In this document: in pieces, positions 49,914 through 62,381 of the stretch
Layout of the letters: each line of letters begins with the position of its first letter
How positions within the stretch are numbered: position 1 is the first letter of the stretch
NCBI RefSeq assembly: GCF_964194155.1
Contig: NC_135906.1
Span: 20,646,001 to 20,710,000 of the forward strand
DNA from: Cetorhinus maximus
Lineage: Eukaryota
Direction: 5' to 3'
Length of the DNA: 64,000 nt
Notes under the pieces: model-generated
Database searches by the model: none
Told to the model about the DNA's origin: nothing
The model's input: the letters and a program-made list of their open reading frames with translations, nothing else
Translations under genes and position numbers: made by a program

Positions 49914-49971
49914 ATGGCTGAGGAGGAGCCCCTACCGCCTGGCTGGGAGAAGCGAATGAGTCGCAAGTCAG
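49914..49971 (+). CDS. PIN1: PIN1 coding exon 1 (MAEEEPLPPGWEKRMSRKS(G)), WW domain start
   Basis: accATGG Kozak; 58 nt then G|gtaata; matches the PIN1 N-terminus. Confidence 0.97.
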
Positions 49972-50224
49972 GTAATAAATAAAGAATTTAAAACAAAAAA
50001 TAATCATCATAGAAACACTGGCCCCTTGGAAAAAAAAAACAATTACTGACTCTGAGTCGGGTGGAATAGGCCCGGGCCCTGGATTTCAGGCCTGGCTGAA
50101 AATTTACACCATAGGCGCCCGGGCCTCAGCCCATCCTGTGGAATGTTTTGGTTCCGACCCCTTCAGGCCTGGATTTCTACAGGCATTGCTCGGGGCGGGC
50201 TGAATTGAAGGACCCCGAGCCTCC

Positions 50225-51477
50225 AACTCCCCGCCCCCACCCTCTTGTTGCCCTCCCCCTACCCTCTTGTTGCCCCCCCACCATTTTGTTGCCCCCCCCA
50301 CCATTTTGTTGCCCCCCCCACCACCATCTTGTTGCCCCCCCCACCCTCTTGTTGCCCCCCCCACCCTCTTGTTGCCCCCCCCACCCTCTTGTTGCCCCCC
50401 CCACCTCTTGTTGCCCCCCCACCCTCTTGTTGCCCCCCACCCTCTTGTTGCCCCTCTCACCCTCTTGTTGCCCCCCCCCGGCCCTCTTGTTGCCCCCCCC
50501 CCCCTCTTGTTGCCCCCCCCCCCCCCGGCCCTCTTGTTGCCCCCCCCCCCCCCCCCCCGGCCCTCTTGTTGCCCCCCCACCCCGCCCTCGGGTTGTTCCC
50601 TTCCCCCCCCCTGCCCTCGGGTTGCCCCCCTCCCGCCCTCGGGCTGCCCTCCCGCCCTCGGGTTGTCCCGCCCTCGGGTTGCCCCCCCCTCCCCGCCCTC
50701 GGGTTGCCCCCCCCTCCCGCCCTCTGGTTGCCCCCCCCCCCCGCCCTCGGGTTGCCCCCCCCCCCCGCCCTCGGGTTGCCCCCCCCTCCCGCCCTCGGGT
50801 TGCCCCCCCCTCCCGCCCTCGGGTTGCCCCCCCCTCCCGCCCTCGGGTTGCCCCCCCTCCCGCCCTCGGGTTGTTCCCTCCCCCCCCCCCCCGCCCTCGG
50901 GTTGCCCCCCCTCCCGCCCTCGGGTTGCCCCCCCTCCCGCCCTCGGGTTGCCCCCCCTCCCGCCCTCGGGTTGCCCACCCTCCCGCCCTCGGGTTGCCCC
51001 CCCCCCCGCCCTCGGGTTGCCGCCCGCCCTCGGGCTGTCCTCCCGCTCTCGGGTTGCCCCCCTCCCGCCCTCGGGTTGCCCCCCTCCCGCCCTCGGGTTG
51101 CCCCCCTCCCGCCCTCGGGTTGCCCCCCTCCCGCCCTCGGGTTGCCCCCCTCCCGCCCTCGTGGTGCCCCCACTCCCGCCCTCGGGTTGCCCCCCCTCCC
51201 GCCCGCCCGCCCTCCCTCTTGTTGCCCCCTCCGCCCTCTTGCCTCTTGTTGCCCCCTCCGCCCACCCTCTTGTTGCCCCCTCCGCCCACCCTCTTGTTGC
51301 CCCCTCCCGCCCTCGGGTTGCCCCCTCCCGCCCTCGGGTTGCCCCCCCCTCCCGCCCTCGGGTTGCCCCCCCCTCCCGCCCTCGGGTTGCCCCCACCCTC
51401 TCTGACCCCCCTCCAGAGCCCCCCACCCCCTCTCAGAACCCCACCCCCTCTCAGAACCCCACCCCCTCCAGAGCCCC
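50225..51477. repeat. C-rich minisatellite (~17-22-bp units cccaccctcttgttgcccc / cccgccctcgggttgcccc) in PIN1 intron 1
   Basis: Directly visible tandem array with variable C-run lengths. Confidence 0.95.
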
Positions 51478-51677
51478 NNNNNNNNNNNNNNNNNNNNNNN
51501 NNNNNNNNNNNNNNNNNNNNNNNNNNNNNNNNNNNNNNNNNNNNNNNNNNNNNNNNNNNNNNNNNNNNNNNNNNNNNNNNNNNNNNNNNNNNNNNNNNNN
51601 NNNNNNNNNNNNNNNNNNNNNNNNNNNNNNNNNNNNNNNNNNNNNNNNNNNNNNNNNNNNNNNNNNNNNNNNNNNNN
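51478..51677. other. Assembly gap (200 N)
   Basis: Run of N. Confidence 1.
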
Positions 51678-52061
51678 CACATCTTTGCTACACCTTACCT
51701 ACCACTGTGCGAATTGTAAACTGCTGTAAAATGTTTAACCTGTGAGGCATCACAGCTGCGACCAACCCTGTCCTTACCTGAAGTTCACCTGCCTGTCTTT
51801 TCCAGCAGGTGTCACTGAATAGTATTTCAGAGTGGAAGGAACAGATCTGTACCTGGGGCCCTTGAGGCTGGTATGAGCATCCCCACTGCCACATTGAGAT
51901 CAGTTAACAGCAATCAGAGCTGGAACTTCCTGGCCTGTGTGACTAACTTATCCAACTCATCCACTCTACATTCCCTGTTATTTTTCTGATTCCCAAATGA
52001 GGATAGGTGTCTTAAGTTCCTGCAAGCCATGAAATTATTCCAAATAAAGTGACCTTGCTAA

Positions 52062-53040
52062 ATACATTATACATTAATGATCTAGATGAAGGAACTGAGG
52101 GCATCCTGGCTAAGTTTGCAGATGATACAAAGATAGGTGGAGGGACAGGTAGTATTGAGGAGGCGGGGAGGCTGCAGAGGGATTTGGACAGGTTAGGAGA
52201 ATGGGCAAAGAAGTGGCAGAATGGAATACAACGTGGGGAAGTGTGAGGTCATGCACTTTGGTAGGAAGGATAGAGGCATAGACTATTTTCTGAATGGGGA
52301 GAGAATTCAGAAATCTGGAGTGCAAAGGGACTTGGGAGTCCTAGTCCAGGATTCTCTTAAGGTTAACTTGCAGGTTGAGTCAGTAGTTAGGAAGGCAAAT
52401 GCAATGTTGGCATTTATTTCAAGAGGACTAGAATATAAAAGCAGGGATGTGCTGCTGAGGCTTTATAAGGCTCTGGTCAGACCACATTTAGAATATTATG
52501 AGCAATTTTGGGCCACGTATCTCAGGAAGGATGTGCTGGCCCTGGAGAGGGTCCAGAGGAGGTTCACGAGAATGATCCCACGAATGGAAGGCTTAACATA
52601 TGAGGAACGTTTGAGGATTCTGGGTCTATACTCGATGGAGTTTAGAAGGATGAGGGGGGGGATCTGATTGAAACTTACAGAATACTGAAAGGCCTGGAAG
52701 AGTGGACGTGGGGAAGATGTTTCCATTAGTAGGAGAGACTAGGACCCGAGGGCACAGCCTCAGAGTAAAGGGAAGACCTTTTAGAACAGAGATGAGGAGA
52801 AACTTCTTTAGCCAGAGAGTGGTGAATCTATGGAATTCATTGCCACAGAAAGCTGTGGAGGCCAGGTCATTGAGTGTATTTAAGACCGAGATAGATAGGT
52901 TCTTGATTGGTAAGGGGATCCAAGGTTACGGGGAGAAGGTGGGAGAATAGGGTTGAGAAACTTATCAGCCATGATTGAACGGCGGAGCAGGCTCGATGGG
53001 CTGAATGGCCTAATTTCTGCTCCGATGTCTTATGGTCTTA
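52062..53040 (+). mobile_element. CR1 LINE 3' fragment
   Basis: YINDLDEG...[25 protein letters not shown]; tail tcttatggtctta. Confidence 0.92.
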
Positions 53041-53689
53041 AATACATATACCATAGCTCAAGACTGGAGGTGCCAAGCATAGTTAGTGAGGCTGCACTTT
53101 GACGTTCATTTTAGATTAAAAAAATGTTAGTGCTATTGATGATTTGCTGAATGACATTTACCAGTCCTTGAAATAATTGTTCTGGAGATCATACAAAACA
53201 CAGTTAATGCTTCAGGTCGACGATCTTTCGTTGGAAGGCGTTGACCTGAAACATTAAATCTCTCACCACGGGGGTCTCGTCTGACCTGAGTGTTTCCCAG
53301 CATTTTCTACTTTTATTAACACAACAGCACATTGCCGTTAGAATCTAGCTTGAATTCAAAATCTTTAATAATTTTAACACCCCTAACAACTGTAAATGAT
53401 GGATGGCGAGGCAAGGGTTTTGCATTGTGAATTCATTGGTTTAATATTGCATGAGATATTCAATCAGAGCATTTGCCTTGCGGAATGTAACTCCAGTCCT
53501 CTAAGCTTTTTGGCTATTCAACCAAATTACTTTGAATCCCTCTCTCCAGCCTTGTATTTTACATTTGACAGCCACTAGAGAATTGTAAATGGGTCACCTA
53601 TCTGTTTGTCTCTTCATTGGTATATCTACCCTTGGACTGCAGTTTAGACGTGTCTTCAGCTGTTAGAGTCAAGAGAAGTAGGAGGAGGC

Positions 53690-54048
53690 GATGTGCAGTG
53701 GTATTGTCGCTGGACTAGTAATCCAGAGACCCAGGGCAATGCTTTGGGGACCCAGGTTCGAATCCCACCACTGCAGATGGTGAAATTTGAATTCAATAAA
53801 ATATCTGGAATTAAAAGCCTAATGATGACCATGAAACCATTGTCAATTGTTGTAAAAACCCATCTGGTTCACTAATGTCCTTTAGGGAAGGAAATCTGCC
53901 GTTCTTACCTGGTCTGGCTGACAGGTGACTCCAGACCTATAGCAATGTGTTTGGCTCTTAATTGCCCTTGTTCAGAGAGCATTTAGGGATGGGCAATGAA
54001 TGCTGGCCTAGCCAGTGGCGTCCACATCCCATGAATGAATAAGAAAAA
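53690..54048 (+). mobile_element. tRNA-derived SINE, near complete
   Basis: A-box-like gcagtggta, B box ggttcgaatccc, LINE-like tail ending atgaatgaataa. Confidence 0.85.
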
Positions 54049-54630
54049 ACAGTACCATTTGCTCTGCCCAGAGTGTAATTTTAAAATTGCATTGTATGGG
54101 TACCTAAAATAGTGAAGATTCTTCACGTTGGGAATAAGCTTTCCCTTTCTTTGTGCTGCATGAACACAACCCTGCTACTTTTGAGAACCAATAAGAGTGG
54201 CTGTGGATCTGGGTTGTGCATGGAACTCTCTGCAATTATTATAATAGGCTCCAGGTCAAGCATGTTGGGTTATTACATAGCCAACTTCGTAGTGCAGAGA
54301 TTATCCCATTAATGTGGCCTCAGTTGCAACCTGGAAGCTAGAATTGAGATCCGGTAGCTTTGCTATGCCGAGCATGTCAGATATTTTAATTGTTTGACAT
54401 GATGCACTGTAACTTGGTGCAAAGCGTATGTTTTGTATCATTGTGATACAAGAAGTCTGAAGACGTTTCCGCTTACTCAAAATGCATAAGACAACAACAA
54501 ACTGGCACCAACGGACACTTGTGGATAAGAGGCACAGGGTAAGCAAATGTGAAAAGTTGAGAAAACACAAGGGAACCGTGTCTCATTTGTTAATGGACTT
54601 TTTGTTATAAACCTGGCCGAGGACTGTATA

Positions 54631-54761
54631 AAAGCAAAAAACTGTGGATGCTGGAAATCCAAAACAAAAATAAAAATACCTGGAAAAACTCAGCAGGTCC
54701 GACAGCATCTGCGGAAAGGAACACAGTCAACGTCTCGAGTTCGTATGATTCCTCAACAGAA
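54631..54761 (-). mobile_element. Short Penelope-derived insertion with 13-bp TSD
   Basis: cgaggactgtata at 54618 and 54762; degenerate hammerhead at its 5' end. Confidence 0.85.
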
Positions 54762-54982
54762 CGAGGACTGTATAGTTGGTTTTGAAATTTATGCATATTT
54801 ACACATGACTTGGGCAAAAACACTTTGATATATTGATACCCTGCCCTCTAAGACTGTCCTGGGTTGCTACAGATTGCATGGTAATGAGCATAGTGAGATA
54901 ATTTCATTGTATTCATCAGTATATAGACCTCTTGTGTGAATTTCAGTTCCCTTGTGTTTTCTCAGCTGTTTATATTTTCTTA

Positions 54983-56110
54983 ACAAAAACAGAAGCAGAA
55001 ATACCTAGAAAAACTCAGCAGGTCTGGCAGCATCAGCGGGGAAGAGCATAGTTGACGTTTCGAGTCCTCATGACCCTTCAACAGAACTAAGTAAAAATAG
55101 GAAAGGGGTGAAATATAAGCTGGTTTAAGGGGGGGGTTTGTTGGGACAAGCAGCCAGAGATAGGTGGAAATAACCAAAAGCTGTCACAGACAAAAGAACA
55201 AAGAGGTGTTGAAGGTAGTGATATTATCTAAAGGAATGTACTAATTAAGAGTAGAAGACAGGACAGATAAGGTACAGATAGCTCTAGTGGAGGTGGGGGG
55301 ATACTAAAAGGTAGAAATAAACAATGGGTGGAAATACATTTAAAAATAATGGAAATAGGTGGGAAAAGAAAAATCTATATAAATTATTGGAAAAAACAAG
55401 AAGGAGGAGGAAGAAATGGGAAGGGGGTGGGGATGGAGGAGAGAGTTCAAGATCTAAAATTGTTGAACTCCATATTCAGTCCGGAAGGCTGTAAAGTGCC
55501 TAGTCGGAAGATGAGGTGCTGTTCCTCCAGTTTGTGTTGAGCTTCACTGGAACAATGCAGGAGGCCAAGGACGGACATGTGGGCATGAGAGCAGGGTGGA
55601 GTGTTGAAATGGCAAGCGACAGGGAGGTCTGGGTCATGCTTACGGACAGACCGAAGGTGTTCTGCAAAGCGGTCACCCAGTCTGCGTTTGGTCTCTCCAA
55701 TGTAGAGGAAACCGCATTGGGAGCAACTAATGCAGTAGACTAAGTTGAGGGAAGTGCAAGTGAAATGCTGCTTCACTTGAAAGGAGTGTTTGGGCCCTTG
55801 GACGGTGAGGAGAGAGGAAGTGAAGGGGCAGGTGTTGCATCTTCTGCGTTTGCATGGGAAGGTACCATGGGAGGGTGTTGAGGTGTAGGGGGTTGGAGGG
55901 GTGGACCAGGGTGTCACGGAGGGAACGATCCCTACAGAATGCCACCAGGGGGGGTGAAGGGAAGATGTGTTTGGTGGTGGCATCATGCTGGAGTTGGCAG
56001 AAATGGCGGAGGATGATCCTTTGAATGCGGAGGCTGGTGGGGTGATAAGTGAGGACAAGGGGGACCCTATCATGTTTCTGGGAGGGAGCAGAAGGCGTGA
56101 GGGCGGATGC
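54983..56110 (-). mobile_element. 5'-truncated Penelope-like element (GIY-YIG endonuclease)
   Basis: NLVYCISCSQCGFLYIGETKRRLGDRFAEH...HFN...LEEQHLIFRLGTLQPSGLN; hammerhead-like motif at about 55049-55089. Confidence 0.92.
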
Positions 56111-56844
56111 CTCTTTCTTACCTTGTGCCTCTTATCCAGAGGTGTCCATTGGTGCCAGTTTGTTGCCTTGTGCATTTTGAGTAAGTGGAAACCTAGTGCA
56201 ATCTAGTGTACATTAAAAGAGAGGAATTGTGTAAATCTAGCTTAAAAACTGAAATGCTGCAACTCCATCACTAACAGCACAGGTGTATCTACACCGCTTG
56301 GACTGCAATGGTTAACCACCACCACTACCTCAAGGGCAATTAGGAATGGGCAACAAATGCTGGCCTAGCCTGGGATGCTCACATCCCATGAATGAGTAAA
56401 TAACCATTGGATATTTGTCCCTTTTAACACACATTTACTTCATGCAAGGAATTGAGAAAGTGCAAACCAGACTGATTTATTCATGGGGAAACCAACTGCA
56501 GGATGTGAAAATTTCCATTATGTTTTTGAGAATGTGCACTGTAAACAGTAAATAAAATTATATGCCCATGATCAGTCCAAAGTTGTAGAAAAACACCATA
56601 TGATGGCAGGTTGTATTGTTGACACTTAATTTTAAATCTTGCAATAAATTTGAATGACGCAATAGCGGGACTAAATCAGCAGAGTAGTGTAACACATGCT
56701 GTGCTTAACTTTACACCTTCTGTTCTAAAATAGTACCTTACCAGAAAATTGGCTCCATTCAGCAAAACACCTACACGAGAGTCCACGTTGAAAAGCTTTG
56801 TGAAAAATCAATCTCATGGGGTCCCTATTAGCACCAACTTTTTT

Positions 56845-57220
56845 TTTTATTTATTCATGGGGTGTGGGCTTCGCTGGCTAGGCCAGCATTTATTGCCCAT
56901 CCCTAGTTGTCCTTGAGAAGGTGGTGGTGAGCTGCCTTCTACAGCTGAGTGTCTTGCTAGGCCATTTCAGAGGGCATTTAAGAGTCAACCACATTGCTGT
57001 GGGCCTGGAGTCACATGTAGGCCAGACCAGGTGAAGACAACGGATTTCCTTCCATAAAGGACGTTAGTGAACCAGATGGGTTTTTACAACAATCGACAAT
57101 GGTTTCATGGTCATCTTTAGACTTTTAATTCCAGATTTTTATTGAATTCAAATTCCATCATCTGCCGTGGCGGGTCCCCAAAGCATCACCCTGGTTCTCT
57201 GGATCACCAGCCCAGTGACC
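56845..57220 (-). mobile_element. tRNA-derived SINE
   Basis: Reverse complement of the 53690-54048 family. Confidence 0.8.
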
Positions 57221-58359
57221 TGGAAGGATCAGATAGTATGGTGGTATGGAAAAATGGGGGAGCTGAATGTAGTGTGCCACCTGGATATATGCTTTCTTTC
57301 AATGTTCAATCTAGTCTTCACAGTTAATCACAGCTCTCTCACTTCAGTTTGCTTCCTGCAGTGATGCACCAGAAACTTCTGCATGTAAACAACTTAGGCA
57401 AACAAAGCCTAGCTGAATAATACTTGACTTGATTAGGTTCAGACCTTAGTCATCTCTTTGCTTTACTTGCAGACTAGTGCTCAGAAAGACAAAGAAGATT
57501 TCAGAATAGAGGCGTCTTCCTTTGAAAATTCTTAGTGCCTTGGCCATACTACAAGTTGATAATGAAAGTGTCGCCAGCTATTTAATTGAAAGGTTTTTTG
57601 TGCTGTAGCTGAAATGTTCTAATAATTGGAACTGTTAAATATAAATAACACAGCAAAGCTTTCCTGTGGAGAGAAAATAAAGTCTAATGAATAAGAGCAG
57701 TGTAGCACAGAATCCTTATGAATTGAAACTAATCCGTCCTGGAATCCTTCATTTACTAATGTCAAGATGGCAGTATTTTGAGCTTGAACAGTGGTCAAAT
57801 AGTGGCAGCCTGTCTGCGCAGGTGCTGGTTGCCAGGATTAAGTTTGCAGTTGATCTGTACAGAGGCGGCACTGTTTACATAGGAGAGGGGCACACTCAGA
57901 TCAGCCACCAACCTCCAAGACCACCAAAAACAGTTTAAGCTGGTGCCAAATAGGTGACAAACACTGTGTATTTAAAATTAGAACTGCTATGATTGTCAAC
58001 AGCAGTTAGGTTTGACTGATAATTTATGCTGATATGAATGCCATATAAATCTCCCCATTGATACATCAGGTTGGACCATGGAAAATGTTCTGATCGTGTT
58101 CTTAGTCCCTACAATTCAATTTTTTTCTGCAGGCTTTTTTATAATATATAGTTTGTTATTTTTAAATGTTTTTATATATTTTAGAATAATTTAGGTGGTA
58201 ATGGGAGGTGTGAATGCCACAAGGGCTCTCTGTCCCTGGGCTGCTCATTATTCAATGAACCCTGCTGAAGGTACATATGGCAAATGATGGAATGAAAGTC
58301 CAATACTGCTCAACAGCTTTCCAGCAGTCACTTAGGGCACCCTGTTCTTGGGTGTCCGC

Positions 58360-58765
58360 CTGGGCTCAGTGGTAACACACTCTTTATCACAGCAAACTTG
58401 TGGGCACAAGCTCCATCATAGGGATTTGGCTATATCATCTAGGCTGACTCACACCAGTTAGCAAGTGCTGCACTGTTGGAGATGCTGTCTTTTTGATGAG
58501 ATATTAAAATGAGGCTCCGTCTGCCCTCCCATGTGACTGTTAATTCTAAGAACAACAGGGGCGTTCTCCCCAGTGTCCTGGCTAATATTTATCTCTCAGC
58601 CTACATCTCTCTTTAAGAAAAAAAATCCAGTCACAACCTTGCTAATTTGGGACCTCGCTTTCGCAATTCTTACATTACAACAGTGACTACGTTTTGAAGG
58701 TGCTTAATTGATTGTCAAAGGTTTTGGGATATCCGGGTTTGTGAAAGATGTAATAGAAACACAAG
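58360..58765 (+). mobile_element. DeuSINE (SacSINE1/AmnSINE1-like), degenerate
   Basis: Deu-domain-like gtgctgcactgttggagatgctgtctttttgatgagatattaaaatgaggctccgtctgccctc, recognised from memory. Confidence 0.65.
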
Positions 58766-58940
58766 CTGATTGTCAGTGTCCATGGATCTGCATCTTAGAC
58801 TTTCAGAGAAATGGGGAGAAAGGTTATGGAGAGGAGGAGGAGGAGGAAGGAAAAGCCATTTGAGTGAGATTCTAAAGATGTGGTCCTGATTGGTTTGTGT
58901 ACATTAATGCCTCTGACTTCACTTGGTGTCTCTTTTGTAG

Positions 58941-59141
58941 GTCGTATTTACTTCTTCAATCATATAACTAATCGGAGTCAATGGGAGCGCCCAAAAGCAG
59001 GTGGAAGTTACAATTCTGTTGAACCTGACAAAGTTCGCTGTTCCCACCTGTTAGTGAAGCACAACCAGTCACGCCGTCCTTCTTCCTGGAGACAGGAGGA
59101 GATCACACGGAGCAAAGAGGAGGCGCTAGAGACATTAAACG
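58941..59141 (+). CDS. PIN1: PIN1 coding exon 2 (rest of WW domain, start of parvulin PPIase)
   Basis: ttttgtag|GTCGT...AACG|gtaagc; [17 protein letters not shown]...[33 protein letters not shown]. Confidence 0.98.
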
Positions 59142-59394
59142 GTAAGCTGATGACAAACACACACCTCACTAAAAGCACAAACCCTTTTTGCTTGTGCTGT
59201 TGACTGCTCCTTGGTTAAAGTGTCATGTGGGTGGGGAAGAGGAGAACAAACCTTTTTCTTAATTCTCAAGGTAACATTTGGTTCAGCGGGTCTATATTTT
59301 TATAATGGCTTTATATCAAAAGGAGATTGTTGTGGCAACATAGTGGTAATGTCACTGGGTGAGTAATCAGAGGCCCAGTAATCAGGGGACACGG

Positions 59395-60535
59395 CATGAT
59401 AACAGAATACTTAGAAAATATCAGCGGGATTAGCCAAAGTCAACATGGATTTATGAAAGGGAAATCATGTTTGACAAACCTCCTGGAGATTTTTGAGGAT
59501 GTAACTAGCAGAATAGATAAGGGAGAACCAGTGGGTGTGGTGTATTTAGATTTTCAAAATATGTTTGATAAAGTCTCACTTAAGAGGTTACTGTGCAAAA
59601 TTAAAGCACATGGGATTAGGGATAAAATATTGGCATGGATTGAGAATTGGTTGACAGACAAGAGACAGAGAAAAGGATGAAATGGGTCTTTTTTTGGTGT
59701 GGCAGGCAGTGACTAGTGGGGTACCGCAGGGATCAGTGCTTGGGCCCCAGCTATTCACAATATATATCAATGATTTGGATGAGGGAACCAAATGTAATAT
59801 TTCAAAGCTTGCTGACGACATGAAACTAGGTAGGAATGTGAGTGATGAGGAGAGTGTGAAGAGGCTTCAAGGCGATTTAGATAAATTGAGTGGGCAAATA
59901 CATGGCAGATGCAGTATAACGTGGATAAGTGTGAAGTTTTCCACTTTGGTAGGAAAACCAGAATAGCAAGCATGCAGGTGCAGAAGCAGTTAGGAAGGCA
60001 AATGGTATGTTGGCCTTCATTGCAAGAAGATTTGAGTATAAAAGCAAGGATGTCTTACTGCAGGGCCTTGGTGAGACCACACCTGGAGTATTGTATGCAA
60101 TTTTGGTCTCCTTACCTAAGAAAGGATATACTTGCCAAAGAGGGAGTGCAGCAAATGTTCACCAGACTAATTCTAGGATGGCAGGATTGTTGTATGAGGA
60201 GCGATTGGGTCGACTAGGCTGGAGTTTAGAAGAATGAGAGGGGATCTCATTAAAATGTATAAAATTCTGACAGGACTGGACAGACCGGGTGCAGGGATGA
60301 TGTTTCTCCTGGCTGATGTGGGGAGGAGGTGGGGGGTGGTAGTAGCTGTAGAGCAAGGGTCGCAGTCTCAGGATATGGGGTGGGCTATTCAACTGAGGTG
60401 AGGGGAACTTCTTCACTCAGGGTGGTGAAGCTGGAATTCTCTACCACAGAGGGCTGTGGAGGCCAAGTCACTGAATATATTTAAATAGATAGCTCGAAGG
60501 GCCGAATGACCACCACCTCCTATTTTTTATGTTTC
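59395..60535 (+). mobile_element. CR1 LINE 3' fragment apparently splitting a SINE (head about 59335-59390, tail about 60540-60720)
   Basis: RT motifs QHGFMKGKSCLTNL and PQGSVLGPQLFTIYINDL. Confidence 0.88.
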
Positions 60536-62270
60536 TAAATCTGCTGTCCTTCCCTGGTCTGGCCTAGTTGTGACTCCAGACTCACAGCAATGTGGTTGAC
60601 TCTTAACTGCCCTCTGAAATGGCCTAGCGAGCCACTCAGTTCAAGGGCAATTAGGGATGTGCAATAAATGCTGACCTTGCCAGTGACACCCACACCCCAT
60701 GAAAGAATAAAGGAAAAAAAGTATTAAACTGATTTGAAACTTAGATTTTAATTAAATTAGGGAAGGTATTACATTGACTTGTGCAGAAAGTTGTACAAAT
60801 GACGCTTGTATAATATTAGTACCAATTGGATGTGAACCTCCCCTTTGGGTTCTTCCCGTACCTTAACCCTAGCTGGCTGAGAGAGCCTATGCCTAAGCAT
60901 GCTGCTGTTACGTGTAGTACAAGCTCTTGGGGATAATTGATCCTCTGATATTCTTCTCTCCCCTGTTAAGTTCTTGGAATCTGCTTGCAGCACCCCACAC
61001 CCCACTCCCCAAAAATCATGGTGGTGCAAGCGAGGTGAGCAGTTTGCTATAAAGATTTAGGCTGAAGCATTGGGGTTCAAACCTGCTGTGATTCGCATTG
61101 TATGTTTATTTTCTCTTTAGGGATCGTAAAACTCCTCATTAGAAACGCAGGCACCTTTCTAAAGTGAAACTAAAACTCCATTTGACCTTTCTTAACACAG
61201 ACACAGAAATACAAATCAGACTTAAACTTTAAAGCTAAAACTCACTCCTAACACCCATAAATACCGATAAAACTTAAACTATCTCTATTTCCTAACACAC
61301 AGGTTGGTGCTGGAATAGGTGGGGAAAAGACATTTCTGTATTTCTAGTCAGGACTAAAGACTATCTTTAGTCATAACTTCTCCTCCCAATTGCTGCCTGT
61401 TTCCAGAAATTCTGTTAAAAGTTGGAACACTTGGGCGATGACTTATTTTAAGATTAAACCGTTTTTTTAATGGGCTGATGAAAATTAAGTGTTTGGATCA
61501 CATATGGCACAAATATGTAGGTGTGTGTGGGGACTGGTACAATATGAAGTGCTGTATGGATTTTCCACATGCCAAGTTGTTACCTCCATGCTATCTGGAA
61601 GAGCTGTAGCATACGGTCTTGACACTTTCAATTTCAAGGACTTTATTATATTGTGTGGTAGATGTTGGAAAGGTGTGAACTAATACGGGAGTGCTGTTAA
61701 CCAATGAAGAACCATTAGAGATTTGCCTCCACTGAAGTCTTCATATGTCTCCGTACTAGCATTAGTATTACTGATGGAGTAACTAAGCACTACTGCTTAT
61801 GAGTTTACTACTGATGTCCTGCACTATGGGCCTGGATTTAAAACAAACATCAGTGACTGAAGCCTGAGAGGTAGAGATGGGGATACGATGTGAAATAATT
61901 CTCAAGGCTGCTGATCCATCTTTCCTAATGAGCTGCCTGGTCTACTCCTATCTTGAGTGCCTTCCATATGCTTCAATATTTCTATTTTTCAACCTTTTTT
62001 GATGCAGTCATGTGGAGTCAGTGATACTTTGGAATCAAAGTTGTATACGGATTAAAAGCTAATTTTCCCCCCTCGCCTTAATTAGTCCAAAGGTGGCGTG
62101 TAACTGACAGCTGGCTTTGTTGGAAGTGGAGGGAAAGTGATTTTTAAAAAATGTTTTAAAAGTTGTCTTCATGCTGTTAACTGCTTCAAAAACATCTTGT
62201 AAAGTCCGAATACAGAAAAAAATTGTCGCCATTTGTGAGCCTATTCTGTTAACCTTGTATCTTTGTTCAG

Positions 62271-62381
62271 AGTATATCCAAATGATCAAATCTGGAGATG
62301 CAACATTTGAACACTTAGCATCCAAATATAGTGATTGCAGCTCTGCAAAAGAAGGGGGAGATCTGGGCTACTTTGGCAAAG
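62271..62381 (+). CDS. PIN1: PIN1 coding exon 3; final exon lies beyond the window
   Basis: ttgttcag|AGTAT...AAAG|gtaaga; [36 protein letters not shown] with the catalytic Cys. Confidence 0.98.

Larger units (their letters stand above)
26573..49914. repeat. Segmental duplication, copy B (continuous with PIN1)
   Basis: Near-identical sequence and ORF pairs with copy A; homology ends at the A of the PIN1 ATG. Confidence 0.95.
54465..56192. mobile_element. Putative MITE with ~80-bp inverted termini, hosting two Penelope insertions
   Basis: 54465-54545 is an imperfect reverse complement of 56116-56192. Confidence 0.6.

Noticed and set aside
50104-51745. Six long Pro- or Gly-rich ORFs
   Set aside because: Stop-free translations of the minisatellite, some running through Ns; intronic to PIN1.
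53690-53775. tRNA gene
   Set aside because: A and B boxes belong to a SINE head; no convincing cloverleaf.
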